Positions 22,660-35,756 of a stretch of 64,000 nucleotides of DNA are shown piece by piece. The notes under the pieces were generated by a model, which was given only the letters and a program-made list of their open reading frames with translations, was not told the DNA's origin and did not search any database. Origin of the DNA: the human T2T-CHM13v2.0 reference genome, Homo sapiens; assembly GCF_009914755.1 (NCBI RefSeq), contig NC_060928.1; one strand, 5' to 3'. Each line of letters begins with the position of its first letter. Positions within the stretch are counted from its first letter, which is position 1. Position numbers and translations under genes: made by a program.

Positions 22660-25600
22660 CATTCTCAGAAACTTCTCGGTGATGTTTGCATTCCACTCAT
22701 AGAGTTGAAAACTTCCTTTCATAGAGCAGGTTTGAAACACTCTTTTTGTAATATTTGGAAGTGGACATTTGCAGCGCTTTGAGGCCTATGGTGAAAAAGG
22801 AAATATCTTCTCATAAAAACCAGAAACAAGCATTCTCAGAAACTTCTTTTTGATGGGTGTACTCAAGTAACAGAGTTGAACCTTCCTTTTGACACAGCAG
22901 TTTTGAAACAATCTTTTTGTAGAATCTGCAAGTGGATATTTGGATAGCTTTGAGGATTTCGTTGGAAACGGGATATCTTCATATAAAATCTAGACAGAAG
23001 CATTCTCAGAAACTTCTTTGTGCTGTATGTCCTCAATTAACAGAGTTGAACCATTGCTTGGATACAGCATTTTGGAAACATTCCTTGAGTAGAATCTGCA
23101 AGTTGATATTTAGATAGATTTGTAGATTTCGTTGGAAACGGGAATATCTCCATAGAAAATCTAGACGGAAGCATTCTCAGAAACTGCTTTGTGATGTTTC
23201 CATTCAAGTCACAGAGTTGAATATTCCCTTTTATAGAGCACGTTTGAAACACTCTTTCTGCACTATCTGGAAGTGGACATTTCGAGCACTTTGAGGCCTA
23301 TGGTGAAAAAGGAATTATCTTCCCATAAAAACTAGACAGAAGCATTCTCAGAAACTTGTTTGTGATGTGTGTATTCAACTAACAGAGTTGAACTTTTGTT
23401 TTTACAGAGCCGTTTTAAAACACTCTTTTTGTGGAATCAGAAAGTGGATATTCGGATGGCTCTGAGGATTTCGTTGGAAGCGGGATTACGTATAAAATCT
23501 AGAGAGAAGCATTCTCAGGAACTTCTTTGTGATGTTTGCATTGAAGTCACAGAATTGAACATTCACTTTGATAGAGCAGGTTTGAAACACTCATTCTGTA
23601 GTATCTGGAAGTGGACATTTCAAGCGCTTTCAGGCCTATGGTGAGAAAGGAAATATCTTCGAATAAAAACTAGACAGAAGCATCCTCAGAAACTTATTTG
23701 TGATGTGTGTCCTCAACTAACAGAGTTGAAACTTTGTTTTGATACAGCATTTTGGAAACACTCTTTTTGTAGAATCTGCAGGTGGATATTTGGATAGCTT
23801 AGAGGGATTCGTTGGAAAGGGGATATCTTCATATAAAATCTAGACAGAAGCATTCTCAGAAACTTATTTGTGATGTGTGTCCTCAACTAACAGAGTTGAA
23901 CCTTGGTTTCGATACAGCATTTTGGAAACACTCCTTTTGTAGAATCTGCAGGTGGATATGTGGATAGCTCTGAAGATTTCGTTGGAAACGGGAATTTCTT
24001 CATATAAAATCAAACAGAAGCATTCTCAGAAACTTCTCAGTGATGTTTGCATTCATCTCATGGAGTTGAACACTTCCTTTCATAGAGCCGGTTTGAAACA
24101 CTCTTTCTGCACTACCTGGAAGAGGACATTTCGAGCGCTTTGAGTCCTATGGTGAAAAAGGAAATATCTTCTCATAAAAACCAGAAAGAAGCATTCTCAG
24201 AAACTTCTTTGTGTTGTGTGTACTCATGTAACAGTGTTGAACCATCCTTTTGACAGAGCAGTTTTGAAACACTCTTTTTGTAGAATATGCAAGTGGATAT
24301 TTGGATAGCTTTGAGGATTTCGTTGGAAACGGGATGACATATAATATCTAGAGAGAAGCATTCTCAGGAACTTCTTTGTGATGTTTGCATTCAAGTCACA
24401 GAATTGAACATTCCCTTTCATAGAGCAGGTTTGAAACACTCTTTCTCTAGTATCTGGAAGTGGGCATTTCAAGCGCTTTCAGGCCTATGGAGAGAAAGGA
24501 AATACCTTCAAATAAGAACTAGACAGAAGCATTCTCAGAAACTTATTTGTGATGTGTGTCCTCAACTAACAGAGTTGAACCTTTGTTTTGATACAGCATT
24601 TTGGAAACACTCCTTTTGTAGAATCTGCAGGTGGATATTTTTATAGCTTTGAAGATTTCGTTGGAAACCGGAATATCTTCATATAAAATCAAGACAGAAG
24701 CATTCTCGGAAACATCTCTGTGATGTTTGCATTCAACTCAGTAGAGTTGAACACTTCCTTTCATAGAGCAGGTTTGAAACACTCTTTCTGCACTACCTGG
24801 AAGCGGACATTTCGAGCGCTTTGAGGCCTATGGTGAAAAAGGAAATATCTTCTCATAAAAACCAGAAAGAAGCATTCTCAGAAACTTCTTTGTGTTGTGT
24901 GTACTCAAGTAACAGTGTTGAACCTTCCTTTTGACACAGCAGTTTTGAAACACTCTTTTGGTAGAATCTGCAAGTGGATATTTGGATAGCTTTGAGGATT
25001 TCGTTGGAAACGGGTTATCTTCATATAAAATGCAGACAGGAGCATTCTCAGAAACTTCTTTGTGCTGTATGTCCTCAATTCACAGAGCTGAACCTTTGTT
25101 TGGATACAGCGTTTTGGAGACATTCCTTTAGTAGAATCTGCAAGTTGATATTTAGATAGCTTTGAAGATTTCGTTGGAAACGGGAATATCTTCATAGAAA
25201 ATCTAGACGGAAGCATTCTCAGAAACTGCTTTGTGATGTTTGCATTCAAGTCACAGAGTTGAATATTCCCTTTTATAGAGTAGGTTTGAAACACTCTTTC
25301 GGCACTACCTGGAAGTGGATATTTCGAGCTCTTTGAGGCCTATGGTTAAAAGGAAATATCTTCCCATAAAAACTAGACAGAAGCCGTCTCAGAAACTTGT
25401 TTGTGATGTGTGTATTCAACTAACAGAGTTGAACATTTCTGTTACAGAGCAATTTTAAAACACTCTTTTTGTGGAATCTGAAAGTGGATAATTGGATAGC
25501 TTTGTGGATTTCGTTGGAAACGGGATGACGTATAAAATCTAGAGAGAAGCATTCTCAGGAACTTCTTTCTGATGTTTGCATTCAAGTCACAGAATTGAAC

Positions 25601-25891
25601 ATTCCTTTTCATAGTGCAGGTTTGAAACACTCTTTCTGTAGTATCTGGAAGTGGACATTTCAAGCGCTTTCAGGCCTACGGGGAGAAAGGAAATATCTTC
25701 AAATAAAAACTAGACAGAAGGATTCTCAGAAACTTATTTGTGATGTGTGTCCTAAACGAACACAGTTGAACCTTTGTTTTGATACAGCATTTTGGAAACA
25801 CTCCTTTTGTAGGATCTGCAGGTGGATATTTGGATAGATTTTAAGATTTCGTTGGAAACGGGAATTTCTTCATAGAAACTCAAGACAGATG
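22660..25891 (+). repeat. HOR copy 8 (19-mer; M3 CENP-B box intact)
   Basis: 3232-bp periodicity. Confidence 0.93.
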
Positions 25892-28800
25892 CATTCTCAG
25901 AAACTTCTCGGTGATGTTTGCATTCCACTCATAGAGTTGAAAACTTCCTTTCATAGAGCAGGTTTGAAACACTCTTTTTGTAATATTTGGAAGTGGACAT
26001 TTGCAGCGCTTTGAGGCCTATGGTGAAAAAGGAAATATCTTCTCATAAAAACCAGAAACAAGCATTCTCAGAAACTTCTTTTTGATGGGTGTACTCAAGT
26101 AACAGAGTTGAACCTTCCTTTTGACACAGCAGTTTTGAAACAATCTTTTTGTAGAATCTGCAAGTGGATATTTGGATAGCTTTGAGGATTTCGTTGGAAA
26201 CGGGATATCTTCATATAAAATCTAGACAGAAGCATTCTCAGAAACTTCTTTGTGCTGTATGTCCTCAATTAACAGAGTTGAACCATTGCTTGGATACAGC
26301 ATTTTGGAAACATTCCTTGAGTAGAATCTGCAAGTTGATATTTAGATAGATTTGAAGATTTCGTTGGAAAAGGGAATATCTCCATAGAAAATCTAGAGGG
26401 AAGCATTCTCAGAAACTGCTTTGTGATGTTTCCATTCAAGTCACAGAGTTGAATATTCCCTTTTATAGAGCACGTTTGAAACACTCTTTCTGCACTATCT
26501 GGAAGTGGACATTTCGAGCGCTTTGAGGCCTATGGTGAAAAAGGAAATATCTTCCCACAAAAACTAGACAGAAGCATTCTCAGAAACTTGTTTGTGATGT
26601 GTGTATTCAACTAACAGAGTTGAACTTTTGTTTTTACAGAGCCGTTTTAAAACACTCTTTTTGTGGAATCAGAAAGTGGATATTCGGATGGCTCTGAGGA
26701 TTTCGTTGGAAGCGGGATTACATATAAAATCTAGAGAGAAGCATTCTCAGGAACTTCTTTGTGATGTTTGCATTGAAGTCACAGAATTGAACATTCACTT
26801 TGATAGAGCAGGTTTGAAACACTCATTCTGTAGTATCTGGAAGTGGACATTTCAAGCGCTTTCAGGCCTATGGTGAGAAAGGAAATATCTTCGAATAAAA
26901 ACTAGACAGAAGCATCCTCAGAAACTTATTTGTGATGTGTGTCCTCAACTAACAGAGTTGAAACTTTGTTTTGATACAGCATTTTGGAAACACTCTTTTT
27001 GTAGAATCTGCAGGTGGATATTTGGATAGCTTAGAGGGATTCGTTGGAAAGGGGATATCTTCATATAAAATCTAGACAGAAGCATTCTCAGAAACTTATT
27101 TGTGATGTGTGTCCTCAACTAACAGAGTTGAACCTTGGTTTCGATACAGCATTTTGGAAACACTCCTTTTGTAGAATCTGCAGGTGGATATGTGGATAGC
27201 TCTGAAGATTTCGTTGGAAACGGGAATTTCTTCATATAAAATCAAACAGAAGCATTCTCAGAAACTTCTCAGTGATGTTTGCATTCAGCTCATGGAGTTG
27301 AACACTTCCTTTCATAGAGCCGGTTTGAAACACTCTTTCTGCACTACCTGGAAGAGGACATTTCGAGCGCTTTGAGTCCTATGGTGAAAAAGGAAATATC
27401 TTCTCATAAAAACCAGAAAGAAGCATTCTCAGAAACTTCTTTGTGTTGTGTGTACTCATGTAACAGTGTTGAACCATCCTTTTGACAGAGCAGTTTTGAA
27501 ACACTCTTTTTGTAGAATCTGCAAGTGGATATTTGGATAGCTTTGAGGATTTCGTTGGAAACGGGATGACATATAATATCTAGAGAGAAGCATTCTCAGG
27601 AACTTCTTTGTGATGTTTGCATTCAAGTCACAGAATTGAACATTCCCTTTCATAGAGCAGGTTTGAAACACTCTTTCTCTAGTATCTGGAAGTGGGCATT
27701 TCAAGCGCTTTCAGGCCTATGGAGAGAAAGGAAATACCTTCAAATAAAAACTAGACAGAAGCATTCTCAGAAACTTATTTGTGATGTGTGTCCTCAACTA
27801 ACAGAGTTGAACCTTTGTTTTGATACAGCATTTTGGAAACACTCCTTTTGTAGAATCTGCAGGTGGATATTTGGATAGCTTTGAAGATTTCGTTGGAAAC
27901 CGGAATATCTTCATATAAAATCAAGACAGAAGCATTCTCGGAAACATCTCTGTGATGTTTGCATTCAACTCAGTAGAGTTGAACACTTCCTTTCATAGAG
28001 CAGGTTTGAAACACTCTTTCTGCACTACCTGGAAGCGGACATTTCGAGCGCTTTGAGGCCTATGGTGAAAAAGGAAATATCTTCTCATAAAAACCAGAAA
28101 GAAGCATTTTCAGAAACTTCTTTGTGTTGTGTGTACTCAAGTAACAGTGTTGAACCTTCCTTTTGACACAGCAGTTTTGAAACACTCTTTTGGTAGAATC
28201 TGCAAGTGGATATTTGGATAGCTTTGAGGATTTCGTTGGAAACGGGTTATCTTCATATAAAATCCAGACAGGAGCATTCTCAGAAACTTCTTTGTGCTGT
28301 ATGTCCTCAATTCACAGAGCTGAACCTTTGTTTGGATACAGCATTTTGGAGACATTCTTTAGTAGAATCTGCAAGTTGATATTTAGATAGCTTTGAAGAT
28401 TTCGTTGGAAACGGGAATATCTTCATAGAAAATCTAGACGGAAGCATTCTCAGAAACTGCTTTGTGATGTTTGCATTCAAGTCACAGAGTTGAATATTCC
28501 CTTTTATAGAGTAGGTTTGAAACACTCTTTCGGCACTACCTGGAAGTGGATATTTCGAGCTCTTTGAGGCCTATGGTTAAAAGGAAATATCTTCCCATAA
28601 AAACTAGACAGAAGCCGTCTCAGAAACTTGTTTGTGATGTGTGTATTCAACTACCAGAGTTGAACATTTCTGTTACAGAGCAATTTTAAAACACTCTTTT
28701 TGTGGAATCTGAAAGTGGATAATTGGATAGCTTTGTGGATTTCGTTGGAAACGGGATGACGTATAAAATCTAGAGAGAAGCATTACCAGGAACTTCTTTC

Positions 28801-29122
28801 TGATGTTTGCATTCAAGTCACAGAATTGAACATTCCTTTTCATAGTGCAGGTTTGAAACACTCTTTCTGTAGTATCTGGAAGTGGACATTTCAAGCGCTT
28901 TCAGGCCTACGGGGAGAAAGGAAATATCTTCAAATAAAAACTAGACAGAAGGATTCTCAGAAACTTATTTGTGATGTGTGTCCTAAACGAACACAGTTGA
29001 ACCTTTGTTTTGATACAGCATTTTGGAAACACTCCTTTTGTAGGATCTGCAGGTGGATATTTGGATAGATTTTAAGATTTCGTTGGAAACGGGAATTTCT
29101 TCATAGAAACTCAAGACAGATG
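25892..29122 (+). repeat. HOR copy 9 (19-mer, 3231 bp; 1-bp deletion near 28357)
   Basis: GACATTCTTT instead of GACATTCCTTT; the ORF track shifts by -1. Confidence 0.93.
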
Positions 29123-32100
29123 CATTCTCAGAAACTTCTCTGTGATGTTTGCATTCCACTCATAGAGTTGAAAACTTCCTTTCATAGAGCAGGTTTGAAA
29201 CACTCTTTTTGTAATATTTGGAAGTGGACATTTGCAGCGCTTTGAGGCCTATGGTGAAAAAGGAAATATCTTCTCATAAAAACCAGAAACAAGCATTCTC
29301 AGAAACTTCTTTTTGATGTGTGTACTCAAGTAACAGAGTTGAACCTTCCTTTTGACACAGCAGTTTTGAAACAATCTTTTTGTAGAATCTGCAAGTGGAT
29401 ATTTGGATAGCTTTGAGGATTTCGTTGGAAACGGGATATCTTCATATAAAATCTAGACAGAAGCATTCTCAGAAACTTCTTTGTGCTGTATGTCCTCAAT
29501 TAACAGAGTTGAACCATTGCTTGGATACAGCATTTTGGAAACATTCCTTGAGTAGAATCTGCAAGTTGATATTTAGATAGATTTGAAGATTTCGTTGGAA
29601 AAGGGAATATCTCCATAGAAAATCTAGAGGGAAGCATTCTCAGAAACTGCTTTGTGATGTTTCCATTCAAGTCACAGAGTTGAATATTCCCTTTTATAGA
29701 GCACGTTTAAAACACTCTTTCTGCACTATCTGGAAGTGGACATTTCGAGCGCTTTGAGGCCTATGGTGAAAAAGGAAATATCTTCCCATAAAAACTAGAC
29801 AGAAGCATTCTCAGAAACTTGTTTGTGATGTGTGTATTCAACTAACAGAGTTGAACTTTTGTTTTTACAGAGCCGTTTTAAAACACTCTTTTTGTGGAAT
29901 CAGAAAGTGGATATTCGGATGGCTCTGAGGATTTCGTTGGAAGCGGGATTACATATAAAATCTAGAGAGAAGCATTCTCAGGAACTTCTTTGTGATGTTT
30001 GCGTTGAAGTCACAGAATTGAACATTCACTTTGATAGAGCAGGTTTGAAACACTCATTCTGTAGTATCTGGAAGTGGACATTTCAAGCGCTTTCAGGCCT
30101 ATGGTGAGAAAGGAAATATCTTCGAATAAAAACTAGACAGAAGCATCCTCAGAAACTTATTTGTGATGTGTGTCCTCAACTAACAGAGTTGAAACTTTGT
30201 TTTGATACAGCATTTTGGAAACACTCTTTTTGTAGAATCTGCAGGTGGATATTTGGATAGCTTAGAGGGATTCGTTGGAAAGGGGATATCTTCATATAAA
30301 ATCTAGACAGAAGCATTCTCAGAAACTTATTTGTGATGTGTGTCCTCAACTAACAGAGTTGAACCTTGGTTTCGATACAGCATTTTGGAAACACTCCTTT
30401 TGTAGAATCTGCAGGTGGATATTTGGATAGCTTAGAGGGATTCGTTGGAAAGGGGATATCTTCATATAAAATCTAGACAGAAGCATTCTCAGAAACTTAT
30501 TTGTGATGTGTGTCCTCAACTAACAGAGTTGAACCTTGGTTTCGATACAGCATTTTGGAAACACTCCTTTTGTAGAATCTGCAGGTGGATATGTGGATAG
30601 CTCTGAAGATTTCGTTGGAAACGGGAATTTCTTCATATAAAATCAAACAGAAGCATTCTCAGAAACTTCTCAGTGATGTTTGCATTCAGCTCATGGAGTT
30701 GAACACTTCCTTTCATAGAGCCGGTTTGAAACACTCTTTCTGCACTACCTGGAAGAGGACATTTCGAGCGCTTTGAGTCCTATGGTGAAAAAGGAAATAT
30801 CTTCTCATAAAAACCAGAAAGAAGCATTCTCAGAAACTTCTTTGTGTTGTGTGTACTCATGTAACAGTGTTGAACCATCCTTTTGACAGAGCAGTTTTGA
30901 AACACTCTTTTTGTAGAATCTGCAAGTGGATATTTGGATAGCTTTGAGGATTTCGTTGGAAACGGGATGACATATAATATCTAGAGAGAAGCATTCTCAG
31001 GAACTTCTTTGTGATGTTTGCATTCAAGTCACAGAATTGAACATTCCCTTTCATAGAGCAGGTTTGAAACACTCTTTCTCTAGTATCTGGAAGTGGGCAT
31101 TTCAAGCGCTTTCAGGCCTATGGAGAGAAAGGGAATACCTTCAAATAAAAACTAGACAGAAGCATTCTCAGAAACTTATTTGTGATGTGTGTCCTCAACT
31201 AACAGAGTTGAACCTTGGTTTTGATACAGCATTTTGGAAACACTCCTTTTGTAGAATCTGCAGGTGGATATTTGGATAGCTTTGAAGATTTCGTTGGAAA
31301 CCGGAATATCTTCATATAAAATCAAGACAGAAGCATTCTCGGAAACATCTCTGTGATGTTTGCATTCAACTCAGTAGAGTTGAACACTTCCTTTCATAGA
31401 GCAGGTTTGAAACACTCTTTCTGCACTACCTGGAAGCGGACATTTCGAGCGCTTTGAGTCCTATGGTGAAAAAGGAAATATCTTCTCATAAAAACCAGAA
31501 AGAAGCATTCTCAGAAACTTCTTTGTGTTGTGTGTACTCAAGTAACAGTGTTGAACCTTCCTTTTGACACAGCAGTTTTGAAACACTCTTTTGGTAGAAT
31601 CTGCAAGTGGATATTTGGATAGCTTTGAGGATTTCGTTGGAAACGGGTTATCTTCATATAAAATCCAGACAGGAGCATTCTCAGAAACTTCTTTGTGCTG
31701 TATGTCCTCAATTCACAGAGCTGAACCTTTGTTTGGATACAGCATTTTGGAGACATTCCTTTAGTAGAATCTGCAAGTTGATATTTAGATAGCTTTGAAG
31801 ATTTCGTTGGAAACGGGAATATCTTCATAGAAAATCTAGACGGAAGCATTCTCAGAAACTGCTTTGTGATGTTTGCATTCAAGTCACAGAGTTGAATATT
31901 CCCTTTTATAGAGTAGGTTTGAAACACTCTTTCGGCACTACCTGGAAGTGGATATTTCGAGCTCTTTGAGGCCTATGGTTAAAAGGAAATATCTTCCCAT
32001 AAAAACTAGACAGAAGCCGTCTCAGAAACTTGTTTGTGATGTGTGTATTCAACTACCAGAGTTGAACATTTCTGTTACAGAGCAATTTTAAAACACTCTT

Positions 32101-32524
32101 TTTGTGGAATCTGAAAGTGGATAATTGGATAGCTTTGTGGATTTGGTTGGAAACGGGATGACGTATAAAATCTAGAGAGAAGCATTCTCAGGAACTTCTT
32201 TCTGATGTTTGCATTCAAGTCACAGAATTGAACATTCCTTTTCATAGTGCAGGTTTGAAACACTCTTTCTGTAGTATCTGCAAGTGGACATTTCAAGCGC
32301 TTTCAGGCCTACGGGGAGAAAGGAAATATCTTCAAATAAAAACTAGACAGAAGGATTCTCAGAAACTTATTTGTGATGTGTGTCCTAAACGAACACAGTT
32401 GAACCTTTGTTTTGATACAGCATTTTGGAAACACTCCTTTTGTAGGATCTGCAGGTGGATATTTGGATAGATTTTAAGATTTCGTTGGAAACGGGAGTTT
32501 CTTCATATAAACTCAAGACAGATG
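29123..32524 (+). repeat. HOR copy 10, structural variant 20-mer (3402 bp) with an extra hybrid monomer at 30314-30483
   Basis: The ORF track shifts by +170; three consecutive ACTTATTTGTGATGTGTGTCCTCAAC monomers start at 30144, 30314 and 30484. Confidence 0.95.
30228..30592 (+). repeat. Perfect 170-bp tandem duplication (2x170 + 25 bp) inside HOR10
   Basis: Exact period-170 identity by eye between the M7/M8-diagnostic bases at 30227/30397 and 30423/30593. Confidence 0.92.
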
Positions 32525-35500
32525 CATTCTCCGAAACTTCTCTGTGATGTTTGCATTCCACTCATAGAGTTGAAAACTTCCTTTCATAGAGCAGGTTTGA
32601 AACACTCTTTTTGTAATATTTGGAAGTGGACATTTGCAGCGCTTTGAGGCCTATGGTGAAAAAGGAAATATCTTCTCATAAAAACCAGAAACAAGCATTC
32701 TCAGAAACTTCTTTTTGATGTGTGTACTCAAGTAACAGAGTTGAACCTTCCTTTTGACACAGCAGTTTTGAAACAATCTTTTTGTAGAATCTGCAAGTGG
32801 ATATTTGGATAGCTTTGAGGATTTCGTTGGTAACGGGATATCTTCATATAAAATCTAGACAGAAGCATTCTCAGAAACTTCTTTGTGCTGTATGTCCTCA
32901 ATTAACAGAGTTGAACCATTGCTTGGATACAGCATTTTGGAAACATTCCTTTAGTAGAATCTGCAAGTTGATATTTAGATAGATTTGAAGATTTCGTTGG
33001 AAAAGGGAATATCTCCATAGAAAATCTAGAGGGAAGCATTCTCAGAAACTGCTTTGTGATGTTTCCATTCAAGTCACAGAGTTGAATATTCCCTTTTATA
33101 GAGCACGTTTGAAACACTCTTTCTGCAGTATCTGGAAGTGGACATTTCGAGCGCTTTGAGGCCTATGGTGAAAAAGGAAATATCTTCCCACAAAAACTAC
33201 ACAGAAGCATTCTCAGAAACTTGTTTGTGATGTGTGTATTCAACTAACGGAGTTGAACTTTTGTTTTTACAGAGCCGTTTTAAAACACTCTTTTTGTGGA
33301 ATCAGAAAGTGGATATTCGGATGGCTCTGAGGATTTCGTTGGAAGCGGGATTACATATAAAATCTAGAGAGAAGCATTCTCAGGAACTTCTTTGTGATGT
33401 TTGCATTGAAGTCACAGAATTGAACATTCACTTTGATAGAGCAGGTTTGAAACACTCATTCTGTAGTATCTGGAAGTGGACATTTCAAGCGCTTTCAGGC
33501 CTATGGTGAGAAAGGAAATATCTTCGAATAAAAACTAGACAGAAGCATCCTCAGAAACTTATTTGTGATGTCTGTCCTCAACTAACAGAGTTGAAACTTT
33601 GTTTTGATACAGCATTTTGGAAACACTCTTTTTGTAGAATCTGCAGGTGGATATTTGGATAGCTTAGAGGGATTCGTTGGAAAGGGGATATCTTCATATA
33701 AAATCTAGACAGAAGCATTCTCAGAAACTTATTTGTGATGTGTGTCCTCAACTAACAGAGTTGAACCTTGGTTTCGATACAGCATTTTGGAAACACTCCT
33801 TTTGTAGAATCTGCAGGTGGATATGTGGATAGCTCTGAAGATTTCGTTGGAAACGGGAATTTCTTCATATAAAATCAAACAGAAGCATTCTCAGAAACTT
33901 CTCAGTGATGTTTGCATTCAGCTCATGGAGTTGAACACTTCCTTTCATAGAGCCGGTTTGAAACACTCTTTCTGCACTACCTGGAAGAGGACATTTCGAG
34001 CGCTTTGAGTCCTATGGTGAAAAAGGAAATATCTTCTCATAAAAACCAGAAAGAAGCATTCTCAGAAACTTCTTTGTGTTGTGTGTACTCATGTAACAGT
34101 GTTGAACCATCCTTTTGACAGAGCAGTTTTGAAACACTCTTTTTGTAGAATCTGCAAGTGGATATTTGGATAGCTTTGAGGATTTCGTTGGAAACGGGAT
34201 GACATATAATATCTAGAGAGAAGCATTCTCAGGAACTTCTTTGTGATGTTTGCATTCAAGTCACAGAATTGAACATTCCCTTTCATAGAGCAGGTTTGAA
34301 ACACTCTTTCTCTAGTATCTGGAAGTGGGCATTTCAAGCGCTTTCAGGCCTATGGAGAGAAAGGGAATACCTTCAAATAAAAACTAGACAGAAGCATTCT
34401 CAGAAACTTATTTGTGATGTGTGTCCTCAACTAACAGAGTTGAACCTTGGTTTTGATACAGCATTTTGGAAACACTCCTTTTGTAGAATCTGCAGGTGGA
34501 TATTTGGATAGCTTTGAAGATTTCGTTGGAAACCGGAATATCTTCATATAAAATCAAGACAGAAGCATTCTCGGAAACATCTCTGTGATGTTTGCATTCA
34601 ACTCAGTAGAGTTGAACACTTCCTTTCATAGAGCAGGTTTGAAACACTCTTTCTGCACTACCTGGAAGCGGACATTTCGAGCGCTTTGAGTCCTATGGTG
34701 AAAAAGGAAATATCTTCTCATAAAAACCAGAAAGAAGCATTCTCAGAAACTTCTTTGTGTTGTGTGTACTCAAGTAACAGTGTTGAACCTTCCTTTTGAC
34801 ACAGCAGTTTTGAAACACTCTTTTGGTAGAATCTGCAAGTGGATATTTGGATAGCTTTGAGGATTTCGTTGGAAACGGGTTATCTTCATATAAAATCCAG
34901 ACAGGAGCATTCTCAGAAACTTCTTTGTGCTGTATGTCCTCAATTCACAGAGCTGAACCTTTGTTTGGATACAGCATTTTGGAGACATTCCTTTAGTAGA
35001 ATCTGCAAGTTGATATTTAGATAGCTTTGAAGATTTCGTTGGAAACGGGAATATCTTCATAGAAAATCTAGACGGAAGCATTCTCAGAAACTGCTTTGTG
35101 ATGTTTGCATTCAAGTCACAGAGTTGAATATTCCCTTTTATAGAGTAGGTTTGAAACACTCTTTCGGCACTACCTGGAAGTGGATATTTCGAGCTCTTTG
35201 AGGCCTATGGTTAAAAGGAAATATCTTCCCATAAAAACTAGACAGAAGCCGTCTCAGAAACTTGTTTGTGATGTGTGTATTCAACTACCAGAGTTGAACA
35301 TTTCTGTTACAGAGCAATTTTAAAACACTCTTTTTGTGGAATCTGAAAGTGGATAATTGGATAGCTTTGTGGATTTGGTTGGAAACGGGATGACGTATAA
35401 AATCTAGAGAGAAGCATTCTCAGGAACTTCTTTCTGATGTTTGCATTCAAGTCACAGAATTGAACATTCCTTTTCATAGTGCAGGTTTGAAACACTCTTT

Positions 35501-35756
35501 CTGTAGTATCTGCAAGTGGACATTTCAAGCGCTTTCAGGCCTACGGGGAGAAAGGAAATATCTTCAAATAAAAACTAGACAGAAGGATTCTCAGAAACTT
35601 ATTTGTGATGTGTGTCCTAAACGAACACAGTTGAACCTTTGTTTTGATACAGCATTTTGGAAACACTCCTTTTGTAGGATCTGCAGGTGGATATTTGGAT
35701 AGATTTTAAGATTTCGTTGGAAACGGGAGTTTCTTCATATAAACTCAAGACAGATG
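32525..35756 (+). repeat. HOR copy 11 (19-mer)
   Basis: 3232-bp periodicity. Confidence 0.93.
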
